A DNA stretch of 55,985 bases from a virus (taxonomy: Duplodnaviria; Caudoviricetes), in IMG/VR virus record IMGVR_UViG_3300011116_000560, positions 1 to 55,985 of that record. One strand, 5' to 3'. A program made the position numbers and the translations under genes. Below the pieces are notes generated by a model. That model did not search any database and was not told the origin of the DNA. It was given only the letters and a program-made list of their open reading frames with translations. Of this stretch, positions 1-8,661 are shown one piece after another (positions within the stretch are counted from its first letter, which is position 1; every line of letters begins with the position of its first letter).

Positions 1-159
1 GCGCCATATCGGGAAGCTGGTTAAGCACCTCTCCGTTGACTGACGGGTTACCAAGCGCATCGACCGTAACGAGTTCGCCTGTGACGCGGCGCACGTCGGC
101 GTATTTAACGGTGTTGTGGCCATGGATGTTGGCAGCCATGAGCAGTTCGTTAAGCTGTG
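1..159. repeat. Terminal overlap, copy 1 (circular or permuted assembly)
   Basis: 1-159 matches 55827-55985 except at positions 12, 31 and 33; it lies inside a reading frame that continues across the junction. Confidence 0.95.
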
Positions 160-3100
160 CGTACTCTTTCTTATCGAGCCCGGCGCGGACCACGTAGTTG
201 GTACCGGGTACCTTGATCTCACGCTGCAGGGTCAGCCTGCGCATGTGGCTGAACGTGTCACGAAGCTCTTTTAGCTTGTTGTGCATGTTGCTCGTGATCT
301 CGTAGAACTTAGCGAGACCGGGATTCTCACGAGCTATACGATTCAGCGTATGAAGGAATGAGAACAATGTCTTCATCTTGTCCGGGGTGTTTATACCCAC
401 GCTGCGCCACGCAGTGACGAACTTGTTCGCAGCTGGACCCTTCACACCACCGTCGTCCTGCAGACCGATCATGGTCTGCATGGGATTAAGCACGGTGGAG
501 AACCGGCCAGAACCGTCCGGATCGAGCAACTGTTCGAGGTTTGTCAGACGGGTGCCCATGGCAACTGGGTCAAAGAACGAGCCGGTCAGCGCAGCAGGCT
601 GGCCGAAACGGACGTACCGCTTGGACTGGTCCATCAGGTAGCGAGTGATATCGTCATCGAACTTGAAGCCCAGCTTATTCAGAGCGTTCTTAATCATAGC
701 GCTCAGGCGCTTGATAAGGCTCGACTCGATGGACCCGGCGTAGTCCGACAGGTACTCCTCGATGGCTTCCAGCTTGGAGATGTTGCGGTATGCCATGGCA
801 GCATCGACGTTCTGCTGCGCGTGCTCGCTGTTGTTGTACACTTGATTAAGCGCGGAGTTCAGCTCCGACGACGACAAGATACTGCGCAGGCCGAAATGCC
901 CTAGGGCTTCGTGCGCGAGAACAAACCGCAGATGCTGGGAGCCGTAGATGTTGTCAGAGAATACGATGATATTGCCGTTGCCAAACGCATAACCTGCAGC
1001 GTTGGCTGTATCAAAGTCTCCCTGCTGGCGAGCAGCCGCCGCACGCTTGTACAACTCGGGATTCTTGGCCTTGAGGTCAGCTTGGTTGGCGTAGACCGAC
1101 ACCTTCGGCTTAACACGCAGTTTGCTGACGAACGCGTTTACTGCCAGCCGCACCTGTCCAGCGGCCATGGGCTTAATTGGTTTGTCATCGACCAGACTGT
1201 TGAAACCGGGGGCATCCTTCCAGCTGTCGAGGGTGGCTGCACCGGGGCCTTCAGCCGTATGGTTATGGTCGGCAAGCAGCTTCTTCTTTGCAGCGAGGAA
1301 GCGAATACGGTCCAAAGTGCTGACAGCGTTGCGGATAGCGGCGGCATATTCACCGACCGAACCGAACGCCTGCACGATGGCGTTCTGCTCTCCAACCGTC
1401 ATCTTGTTGAAGCTGTCGATCTCACCGACATGGAACCGGTTGACGTTACCATCGGGCATAACGTCCGTATTGGCGAGCTTAGTCGCTTCCGTCAAACGTT
1501 CAGCCTTGAGTTTCTGCACCGGCTTAGGGGTCGACGGTTTTGGCTTTGGAGCAGGTCCGGCGAGGATAACGTCACCCTTCGCGCCATACGACTCAGTGCT
1601 TCGTGCTTCTACTTTACCAGCGCCCTTCTTCAGCTTCTCAGCGACAGCCGTGCGCTCGGTACTCTTTGCAACTTCGTTGGCGATGGTGTTGCGGACAGCA
1701 TCGAGCTTGGCCTTCGGGTTAGCCCGTGTTTTTGCCCACTGCTCTTTGCGCTCGGCTGGCAGAGCGTCGTACTGAGCACCAGCAGCTTCCTCGGTCATAT
1801 TGCCGGGCTCAGCCTGCACCCACGCATCACGGTTTGCTTCGGTAGCAGCGGCCTCTGCGGCCTTACCCTTCTTGAGATCTACTTTTGGAGCCGGGGCTTC
1901 TTTAGCCGCCACCGGTTTCGGCGCGGCTTTAGGAATTTCTACTTTCTCCACCACCGCTTCCGGCGCGGCTTTAGCAGCAGGCTTGCGCGGGCGCTTAATC
2001 TTCTCGCCCTTAGGAGCAGCCGTAGCAGTAGGATTAGAACCCACAGCAGTTTCAGCAACAGGAGCGGCAGCAGAAGCGCCTTCAACATTATTTGAGTTAT
2101 CCACAACTTTTTTTGAAACCGCTAACCTGCTGGCTGCACTAGCCTTTTTAGGCTGAGGAGCCTCAGCAGGGGGCGTTTCCACAACTGGTTGCCCAGAAAC
2201 CTTGCTACGGCGAGCCGCTGCGCGCTCAGCCTGCCTGAGCCGGTCACGCTTGGGGGTGTTCTGCTCATCCGTGGCGATCTTGATGTCAGCCGCTTGATTG
2301 AGCGCCGGTACCAAGGCGGCATCGCGGGCAGCCTGTTCCTGCTGCGCACGCTGAGCCTCAGCCTGTTGGAACGCATACGCGCGTGCGGCGTTGTCTGCAG
2401 CGCGCTTCTCAGCAGCTTGCTGAACCGCTTGTTGCACTGCAGCACGAGCAGCGGCCTGCTCCTGTGCCTTACGCAGTTTTACGGATAGAACAGGATTAGG
2501 AGCCCGCCGTGCAGCTTCATGGGAAATCTGCTGGGCGGACAGTTCTGCGTCAGCCGCAGCAGCGCGATTAGCCGCGACTACACTGGGAGGGAGCCCGACC
2601 GGGGGGCCGAGGTTAAGCTCGCCCTGCTGGCCTTCCAACGGGAGGTTAAGCTGCTGTGGTGTCGATAGCGCCGGTGCCTGCTGTACAGGAGCCCGCTGCT
2701 CCGGGAGATTATCGAACAGCGGAGTTTGAGCACCGGCAGAAGGGGCCTGCCGCTGTTGCGGCGCATCGAACAGCGGCAACCCTGTGGGCGGTTCCGCATT
2801 GCGGAAAAGGTCCAGCTGGGTTGGAGCGGCGTAACCGCCTTGTGGCGTAACACCATTAGACAGACCAGCCTGAGGGGGGGCCATCTGTACAGGCAGCGTG
2901 CCAAACATCGATAGCTGGGCATCGTCGAGGTTCTGATACGTCGGTTCGGCAGTGCTGCTGGCGAGCCGCGCAGCCCGCTCGTTGGCTTCCCGGTTATTAA
3001 CCGCGTTGATCGTGTCACGGTTAAGTAGGTCGTGCGGGACGTACGGCGAGACGGCATGAGCCGCAGCACCCAGCGGACCGCCGACAGCAGCGCCAGCCAC

Positions 3101-4345
3101 GAACGAGTTAAGCAGCCGCTTGCCACCCTCGTGGGTAGCGATGTTCTCTGGCTTGGTAACAGCCATCTGGATCAGATCTTGTGAGGCGTTGGTCACACCT
3201 TCCAGACCACCAAGAACAGCGCCAGCTTTGGCAGCGCCAATAGCGCGCCCCTTGAGACCGGGAGCGGAAGTCATGATCTTGCCGAACAGGGTCGCCATAC
3301 CGGCGAATTCAGGGAGCGATTCCATCGCTGCCCACGGTACAGCAGCGGTCAAGGCCGTCAGGCGGTTACGCCCAGTGCCAGCTTCTTCCTGTTCTTGGGT
3401 GATGGACGACACGCCCATTCCGTAGTTAAGTGCGCCGGAGGACAGAGCCGCGCCAACCATGCCGCTGGCTTCTTTGAGGAGTGTTACTTCTTCCGGAATA
3501 GCCGCCATAGCAGCGGCGCGCTCTGCTGCAGGAAGTGCTTGTGCAGCGGCGTACCGCTGTGCAGCAGAGGTAACCGCTGTCTGGTACTCGGCCTTGCCAA
3601 GCAGACCGCCGATACGACCGGCCACACTGGCAGCACGAGCACCGGCAGCCGTGCCGTAGGCTGCGCTACCGGCTACGTTACCCAGCATCGACGCGCCTAG
3701 GAACGCCAGCAGGTTTGGCCCTTGCTGGGCCAAGTTGTACACAAACCAGTTGAGCACCGACTTCTCACCACCGGCCAGACCAGTATCGGTGAACTCGCTG
3801 CTGTACACTGAGGTCTTGTTCAGGCTCTTTGTGGCGCTGTCGACAATGCCCTGTCCAGTTTGCTCAGCGCCCAAGAACTTAAGACCGTAACCGCCAAGCT
3901 GCTTGGCCTGATCGATACCACTGCTCCAGCCACGGCTGGCTAAGCGCATAATGCCGGGGTCGATTATTTCGTTAACGTGCTGAGCGTAGCTGTTCGAGTC
4001 GAGCGCCGTGAAGCCAGCCGGGATCGGAGCGGTAGTGTTGGCTTTCACATGGCCAAAGGAGGTCGCAGCAGCGGTCTCGTCGTCGGCGGCAAACGTGCCG
4101 TAGCCAGCGACGAACACTTCCTTGGACGCTGGATTATACGCAACAGTAGCCGGTGGAGGTCCTGAGGGGACAGTTGACTGGCTGGGTCCGAAGTTGGAAA
4201 ACGCTCTGGCTACGTCCTGTTCAAACGGAACAGCAGCGCTGGGGGCTTGGAGGCCCGCAGCGATGCTGGAAGCAGGCAGCGCTGGCTGCGTACCAAGCGA
4301 GGAATCAGGGGCACTACCCTCTCCAGTCCAGATAAGCCCAGCCAT
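1..4345 (-). CDS. Giant internal virion/ejection-type polyvalent protein, N-terminal part (~2523 aa in total, continues at 55826..52600)
   Basis: ATG at 4345 overlaps the upstream stop (TAATG). The frame stays open to the window edge, so the ORF track omits it, and it joins MAANIHGH in frame (139 = 55965). Begins MAGLIWTGEGSAP; has Ala/Gly-rich helices, a disordered Pro/Gln/Lys tract and a zincin-like HEALGH..GLR motif at 896-913. Confidence 0.9.
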   Translation of the reverse strand, partial: MAGLIWTGEGSAPDSSLGTQPALPASSIAAGLQAPSAAVPFEQDVARAFSNFGPSQSTVPSGPPPATVAYNPASKEVFVAGYGTFAADDETAAATSFGHVKANTTAPIPAGFTALDSNSYAQHVNEIIDPGIMRLASRGWSSGIDQAKQLGGYGLKFLGAEQTGQGIVDSATKSLNKTSVYSSEFTDTGLAGGEKSVLNWFVYNLAQQGPNLLAFLGASMLGNVAGSAAYGTAAGARAASVAGRIGGLLGKAEYQTAVTSAAQRYAAAQALPAAERAAAMAAIPEEVTLLKEASGMVGAALSSGALNYGMGVSSITQEQEEAGTGRNRLTALTAAVPWAAMESLPEFAGMATLFGKIMTSAPGLKGRAIGAAKAGAVLGGLEGVTNASQDLIQMAVTKPENIATHEGGKRLLNSFVAGAAVGGPLGAAAHAVSPYVPHDLLNRDTINAVNNREANERAARLASSTAEPTYQNLDDAQLSMFGTLPVQMAPPQAGLSNGVTPQGGYAAPTQLDLFRNAEPPTGLPLFDAPQQRQAPSAGAQTPLFDNLPEQRAPVQQAPALSTPQQLNLPLEGQQGELNLGPPVGLPPSVVAANRAAAADAELSAQQISHEAARRAPNPVLSVKLRKAQEQAAARAAVQQAVQQAAEKRAADNAARAYAFQQAEAQRAQQEQAARDAALVPALNQAADIKIATDEQNTPKRDRLRQAERAAARRSKVSGQPVVETPPAEAPQPKKASAASRLAVSKKVVDNSNNVEGASAAAPVAETAVGSNPTATAAPKGEKIKRPRKPAAKAAPEAVVEKVEIPKAAPKPVAAKEAPAPKVDLKKGKAAEAAATEANRDAWVQAEPGNMTEEAAGAQYDALPAERKEQWAKTRANPKAKLDAVRNTIANEVAKSTERTAVAEKLKKGAGKVEARSTESYGAKGDVILAGPAPKPKPSTPKPVQKLKAERLTEATKLANTDVMPDGNVNRFHVGEIDSFNKMTVGEQNAIVQAFGSVGEYAAAIRNAVSTLDRIRFLAAKKKLLADHNHTAEGPGAATLDSWKDAPGFNSLVDDKPIKPMAAGQVRLAVNAFVSKLRVKPKVSVYANQADLKAKNPELYKRAAAARQQGDFDTANAAGYAFGNGNIIVFSDNIYGSQHLRFVLAHEALGHFGLRSILSSSELNSALNQVYNNSEHAQQNVDAAMAYRNISKLEAIEEYLSDYAGSIESSLIKRLSAMIKNALNKLGFKFDDDITRYLMDQSKRYVRFGQPAALTGSFFDPVAMGTRLTNLEQLLDPDGSGRFSTVLNPMQTMIGLQDDGGVKGPAANKFVTAWRSVGINTPDKMKTLFSFLHTLNRIARENPGLAKFYEITSNMHNKLKELRDTFSHMRRLTLQREIKVPGTNYVVRAGLDKKEYAQLNELLMAANIHGHNTVKYADVRRVTGELVTVDALGNPSVNGEVLNQLPDMA

Positions 4346-6057
4346 TATTGGCTTCTCCCATAATACTGTACAGGCGCAGGCACAGCAGGAGCAGACTTAT
4401 CTACTGGCGGAACAACGAACCGCATTAGCTTACCGTCGTGGCTCACAAACGTCATTCCGTTCGTATCGCTCTGGTTGGGAGCAAACTTATACCCAGCGCC
4501 TTCCGTGGCCTTCCATACATCGATGGCCTTGTTTCTCTCGGCCACGTTCTCGTACGTCTTTTCTACAATCTTGCGCCGTGACTCGGCGTCCTTAAGCTGC
4601 GCCTCGTGCGCGGCAGTAGCGAGCTGACCACGGTAGCCAGAGCTGACGCTGATCTGAGCCCGCTGTGCGATGTCTATGGCCGACATCGGTGTGGCCTTAC
4701 CGGACTTCGCATCCGATACAGCTGTCCACTCACCGGATTTACCCTGCAGCCACATATTGTACGTGGGTTTGCCATCGGCACCCAGCGTGCCAGATGGACG
4801 GATAGCGATAGGCTGGTCAGCTTGCTGGGAGAACACCTTGGAAATCGTTTCTGTGTCGCCGTAAGCGTTCAGGCGATCAGTAGCAAACCCGAGGATATTG
4901 GTCTGGATGGCAGCATCGAACTGGCCAACTTTCCCGACCATATCAGTCTGAGTGCTAATAGCGTTCTGGCGAGCTAGATCGGCTTCATCTCGGTACGTCT
5001 TGGCACCCTGCGGATTGGAGACACGCAGCTGCGCATTAGCCATGATGTCGGCCTCCTGTGCCTTCCGCATGAATATATTGTAATTGCGTTGAGCCGCATT
5101 GATGATTACGTCGCGTTGAGACATCGCCCGACGCAATTCCATATTGAAGTTTGTCGCACCCTCCGCTGCCACAGCAGCAGACGGACTGCCCGGCGCAGCC
5201 AGACCAGCTGTGGTCAGCGCTCCGACCGGCGCGCCCTTAAGCGGGGTACCGGGAACAGCAAGACCGGTAGCAGCCTGCGTGTCTGCAAGTGCTTGTGCAG
5301 CGGGCGTATTGTCAGCAGGAGCCTTAGCTTTCTTCGCGGCTGCTTCATCGGGAGTGGCAAAACCGGTGTTCTTATCCACGATGTATTGCGCGATCCTGTT
5401 AACCGCGTCTGGCTTGCCAGCGTTAACATCGGCAGCTTCCGGGACGACACGCCCCTCTTCCAAAGCCTTCGCATAAATTCTGGAAGGAGCGGAGTATGGC
5501 TCGGATACGCCCCATCCGCCGCCATACGGCATTGGCTTGTTCGGGTCCGCGATACCCGCCCACACACCCGCAGAACGTACAGCGTTGGCCGACTGGCCTA
5601 GGAAGTCGAGACCTGCGCGGATCGGACCGGTAGCAACGTCTGCTGCAGCCCGTGGACCGACCATACCGCGTTCGTACAAAGATGGAGAAACCAAAGGGCC
5701 GCTCAGTCCAGCCTCAGGGATAATGGGGCCATAACCACCGGCGGGGGCCGGGATCATGTCCGGAGGAGCGACAGCAGCAGGGGCAGGAGCGGCGGCGGCT
5801 ACTTGCGTAGCGTTGGGGCCTGAGGGGGTCGCTCCCGAGAGCCAGCCCGGCGTGACTATTCCAGCAGTCCGTATGTCCTGCGTCTCAGGCCGCATGTTGA
5901 GCCGGTCACGGGAAGCCATCTCGTCAGCGGCTATTTTAAGCTCGGCTTCGTTACGTTTCATGGCGATATTGCGGCCAGACTCGCTGAGCTTCATACCCGC
6001 CTCTATACCTTCGTTTACCTCAGGCATTTGAGCAGCAGCATCAAACAGAAAGTTCAT
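4345..6057 (-). CDS. Putative internal virion (ejection) protein, 570 aa
   Basis: Long Ala/Gly/Gln-rich ORF coupled to its neighbours; lies between the tail genes and the giant protein, as in podovirus ejection modules. Confidence 0.65.
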   Translation of the reverse strand: MNFLFDAAAQMPEVNEGIEAGMKLSESGRNIAMKRNEAELKIAADEMASRDRLNMRPETQDIRTAGIVTPGWLSGATPSGPNATQVAAAAPAPAAVAPPDMIPAPAGGYGPIIPEAGLSGPLVSPSLYERGMVGPRAAADVATGPIRAGLDFLGQSANAVRSAGVWAGIADPNKPMPYGGGWGVSEPYSAPSRIYAKALEEGRVVPEAADVNAGKPDAVNRIAQYIVDKNTGFATPDEAAAKKAKAPADNTPAAQALADTQAATGLAVPGTPLKGAPVGALTTAGLAAPGSPSAAVAAEGATNFNMELRRAMSQRDVIINAAQRNYNIFMRKAQEADIMANAQLRVSNPQGAKTYRDEADLARQNAISTQTDMVGKVGQFDAAIQTNILGFATDRLNAYGDTETISKVFSQQADQPIAIRPSGTLGADGKPTYNMWLQGKSGEWTAVSDAKSGKATPMSAIDIAQRAQISVSSGYRGQLATAAHEAQLKDAESRRKIVEKTYENVAERNKAIDVWKATEGAGYKFAPNQSDTNGMTFVSHDGKLMRFVVPPVDKSAPAVPAPVQYYGRSQ

Positions 6058-7496
6058 GATGTCTCATCCGTAGTCGGTGTTGGTGCGTTAAGTCTGTTTT
6101 TCATGAACTGGCTATTGAATAGCCCAGTAGTGGCTAGACCGGCCATCTCACCGATGCCCTTCGAAGTAGCGGCAGCACGGGTTCCATACGAATTAGCCAG
6201 CGAGCCATACCCTGAAGCGATTTGCGGGTTAAACGTAGAGGGATACATGCCGGATAACACACCGGCAGCTTTCATTCTGGTAGTCGCAGCATTATCGGAA
6301 GCCGCGTTACCAGCTGTATCAGCTGCGGCGTACTGCATCACATTTCCACGACGCTGTTCAGCGGCACCATAAGTACGACCAGAGCGGGCCATTTCGCGGG
6401 CGTGGGCCACGTTACCGGTATTGGATGAAGTAATAACATCCCCATATGCCCGCTTATAGCGGTCTTCTGGGCTCATAATATTCTGGTAGTCGTTTGATGC
6501 AGAGTTAAACAATTTGGTCTGTTCGGCACGCCTAGCGTTATCCGCAATACTAGCGTCTGCCAACATCTGGCGTTGCTGTTCCATCATAGCAGACTGTGAC
6601 TGTGCTGCAGGACCATACGCTGACAGAGCAGACGATATACCAGAAGTGGCAAGTTTGCCTAGCGTCTCGGCCATATTGAAGCCACCGGCTTTTTTATCGT
6701 CGCTACTTTTGTTGTTGTTGTTGTTACTGCCAGACGGTATCCAGCCGCCGGGTGGGGTATTATTTATGTTGGCCATGGAATAGTTAAATCCAAGAGGATT
6801 GAAAAGAGGACCCCCGCCGCCAGCCCTCGGGGGCGGTTGGCCATTGCCTGTAGTAAAGCCGGGACCAGCGTAGCTGTCCGTGGCACCAGCAAAAATATTG
6901 TAAGGAGGATACCCGCTGCCAGCACTACCAGCACTACCAGCGTTACCAACCGTGCTTAGCAGCGATCTGGTCAATGGCGCGGGATCACCCTCTCTAAGTT
7001 GGTTTGCGGTGTCCCTGATTTCTTCAGGTGTTTGGCTACCGTCTACTGGGACACCGCCTACTGGGACACCGCCTACTGGGACATTAGCTATAGTACTATT
7101 AGGCACGCCCCTATCGGCTGGCTGATATATGTCACTATAAGACTGCTGCGCCGGTACGTACTGAGCGTACGGGAATGGGTTGGTCGGACTGCCTCCGTCA
7201 ACGGGCCAGCCCATTCCCTCAGGCAGTGCGCGGTAGGGCACCGTCATGCTTGTTGGAAATGGAGTGTAGAGCGATGGTAAGCCGGGACTGGGATTTATTC
7301 CGGAATAGTAGTCGGAATAGACCGGATTATACATGTCGTAGTTAGGAGTGTCGGAGGGTTGCGCCGGTTCAGCGTAAGTTGGCAGCGGCGATGTAACGTT
7401 CAATGGTTCGGAGGACCCGCCGCCCCAGCCACCGCCCCAGCCACCGCCGCCGCCCCAGTCGAAACTATCCCAACCGCCACCCCAATCGTCAAACAT
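6054..7496 (-). CDS. Putative internal virion/DNA-transfer protein with low-complexity N-terminus, 480 aa
   Basis: Gly/Trp, Pro/Tyr and poly-Asn N-half; Ala/Gln/Ser-rich helical C-half typical of pilot/ejection proteins. Confidence 0.6.
   Translation of the reverse strand: MFDDWGGGWDSFDWGGGGGWGGGWGGGSSEPLNVTSPLPTYAEPAQPSDTPNYDMYNPVYSDYYSGINPSPGLPSLYTPFPTSMTVPYRALPEGMGWPVDGGSPTNPFPYAQYVPAQQSYSDIYQPADRGVPNSTIANVPVGGVPVGGVPVDGSQTPEEIRDTANQLREGDPAPLTRSLLSTVGNAGSAGSAGSGYPPYNIFAGATDSYAGPGFTTGNGQPPPRAGGGGPLFNPLGFNYSMANINNTPPGGWIPSGSNNNNNKSSDDKKAGGFNMAETLGKLATSGISSALSAYGPAAQSQSAMMEQQRQMLADASIADNARRAEQTKLFNSASNDYQNIMSPEDRYKRAYGDVITSSNTGNVAHAREMARSGRTYGAAEQRRGNVMQYAAADTAGNAASDNAATTRMKAAGVLSGMYPSTFNPQIASGYGSLANSYGTRAAATSKGIGEMAGLATTGLFNSQFMKNRLNAPTPTTDETS
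7043..7083. repeat. 15-bp tandem repeat (CTACTGGGACACCGC x2.7) encoding VPVGG repeats
   Basis: Read directly from the sequence. Confidence 0.85.
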
Positions 7497-7547
7497 GGTT
7501 AACCCCCATTGAAACTTTAGTGGCGCGGCTTACAGTTGATGAAAGGG

Positions 7548-8342
7548 TCATTTGCTCCCCTCATTGTACTTGGTGAGCATACTGTCAAAGAATTCCGTAC
7601 CCTTGGCTTCCACGATGTGCTTCGGAATGACGTACTCGCCACCGGACACCCGGATCGGAACGTCATCCTTGACACCGGTTTTGCTGTTGGTCGGGCTGGC
7701 CGAAATAGGGATACGCCCACCAGCGGCCATTTGAGGCGGTTGCGCGACGGGCGGTGGAGCGGACGGTTGCCCTTCACCGCCTACCATTTTTAGGACCATC
7801 TGACAGGCATCGATAATTGCCTGAACTACTTCCGGGCGAAACTGAGGTGGGAGCCCTTTATCGGGGGCAAGGTTCCGCTGAATAGCTATAGCACGAAGCT
7901 GCGGATATAAATTTGGATTCCGCTGCGCAGCAATGGCCATTTGCATAAGGGTATTGATACGTTGCGGGGTGGTTTTTCCAGATTGCACAGCCCGCATCAT
8001 CGACTGATGGATACGCTCCGTTATCTGTTGCATCGACTGGGGAGCTTGCTGCGGCATAGGGCCACCCATACCGGGTTGTGGCATAAGGCCAACTTGCTGC
8101 GGCACAGGACCACCCATGGCGTAATGAGGAACCCGGCCACCGTACGCGTAGCCCTGCGGGGTCATAGTCTGACCCGCGCGGATGTCAAACGTAGGGCTGC
8201 TCTGGGGCATAAATGGCTGAGGCGGCGTTTGCTGAGGAGTCGGTGTAGTGGGTTGCATGGCAAGGATAGCCTCTACAGCAGGTGGGAGCGGCGGGGCAAC
8301 AAACTCAGCCGGATTAGACGTTGGTACGTTCGGTTTAGCCAT
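7548..8342 (-). CDS. Virion-associated protein with YAxGG motifs and a C-terminal DDVP..SGGEYVIP domain, 264 aa
   Basis: GYAYGGRV, HYAMGGPV and MAAGGRI...DDVPIRVSGGEYVIP resemble a motif common in phage tape-measure and internal proteins. Confidence 0.65.
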   Translation of the reverse strand: MAKPNVPTSNPAEFVAPPLPPAVEAILAMQPTTPTPQQTPPQPFMPQSSPTFDIRAGQTMTPQGYAYGGRVPHYAMGGPVPQQVGLMPQPGMGGPMPQQAPQSMQQITERIHQSMMRAVQSGKTTPQRINTLMQMAIAAQRNPNLYPQLRAIAIQRNLAPDKGLPPQFRPEVVQAIIDACQMVLKMVGGEGQPSAPPPVAQPPQMAAGGRIPISASPTNSKTGVKDDVPIRVSGGEYVIPKHIVEAKGTEFFDSMLTKYNEGSK

Positions 8343-8343
8343 G

Positions 8344-8661
8344 TCATGCCCTCATGCGGACTATAAGAGTATTTACGGTTTGTCGTACTGACTCGACATC
8401 ATTTATAAGCGCTTGAACTGTAGAGAGCAAATTATGAAAATCGGTGTAAGTGACAGTAACAGCGCCGGAAAACTGTACAGCTGCAGAGAGAGAAGGGACT
8501 GGGGTAGCGTCTATGTCCCCGCGCAACACAGCGGCTGCACCATGGTCGGCCCTGCGTTGCCCAGTTAACTGTTCCACGTTTTGCTTTACACTATCAAGAT
8601 AGCGAAAGTGCCAGTCCTGCAGACCGGCTTGAGGAACGGGGGGTATGGATGAAAAACTCAT
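8344..8661 (-). CDS. Small tail protein (coiled-coil), 105 aa
   Basis: Coupled to the nozzle-like gene; heptad-like C-terminus. Confidence 0.6.
   Translation of the reverse strand: MSFSSIPPVPQAGLQDWHFRYLDSVKQNVEQLTGQRRADHGAAAVLRGDIDATPVPSLSAAVQFSGAVTVTYTDFHNLLSTVQALINDVESVRQTVNTLIVRMRA

Noticed and set aside
378-4335. Many ORF-track entries, including 911..2095 (+, 394 aa)
   Set aside because: Antisense or off-frame shadows of the giant minus-strand gene
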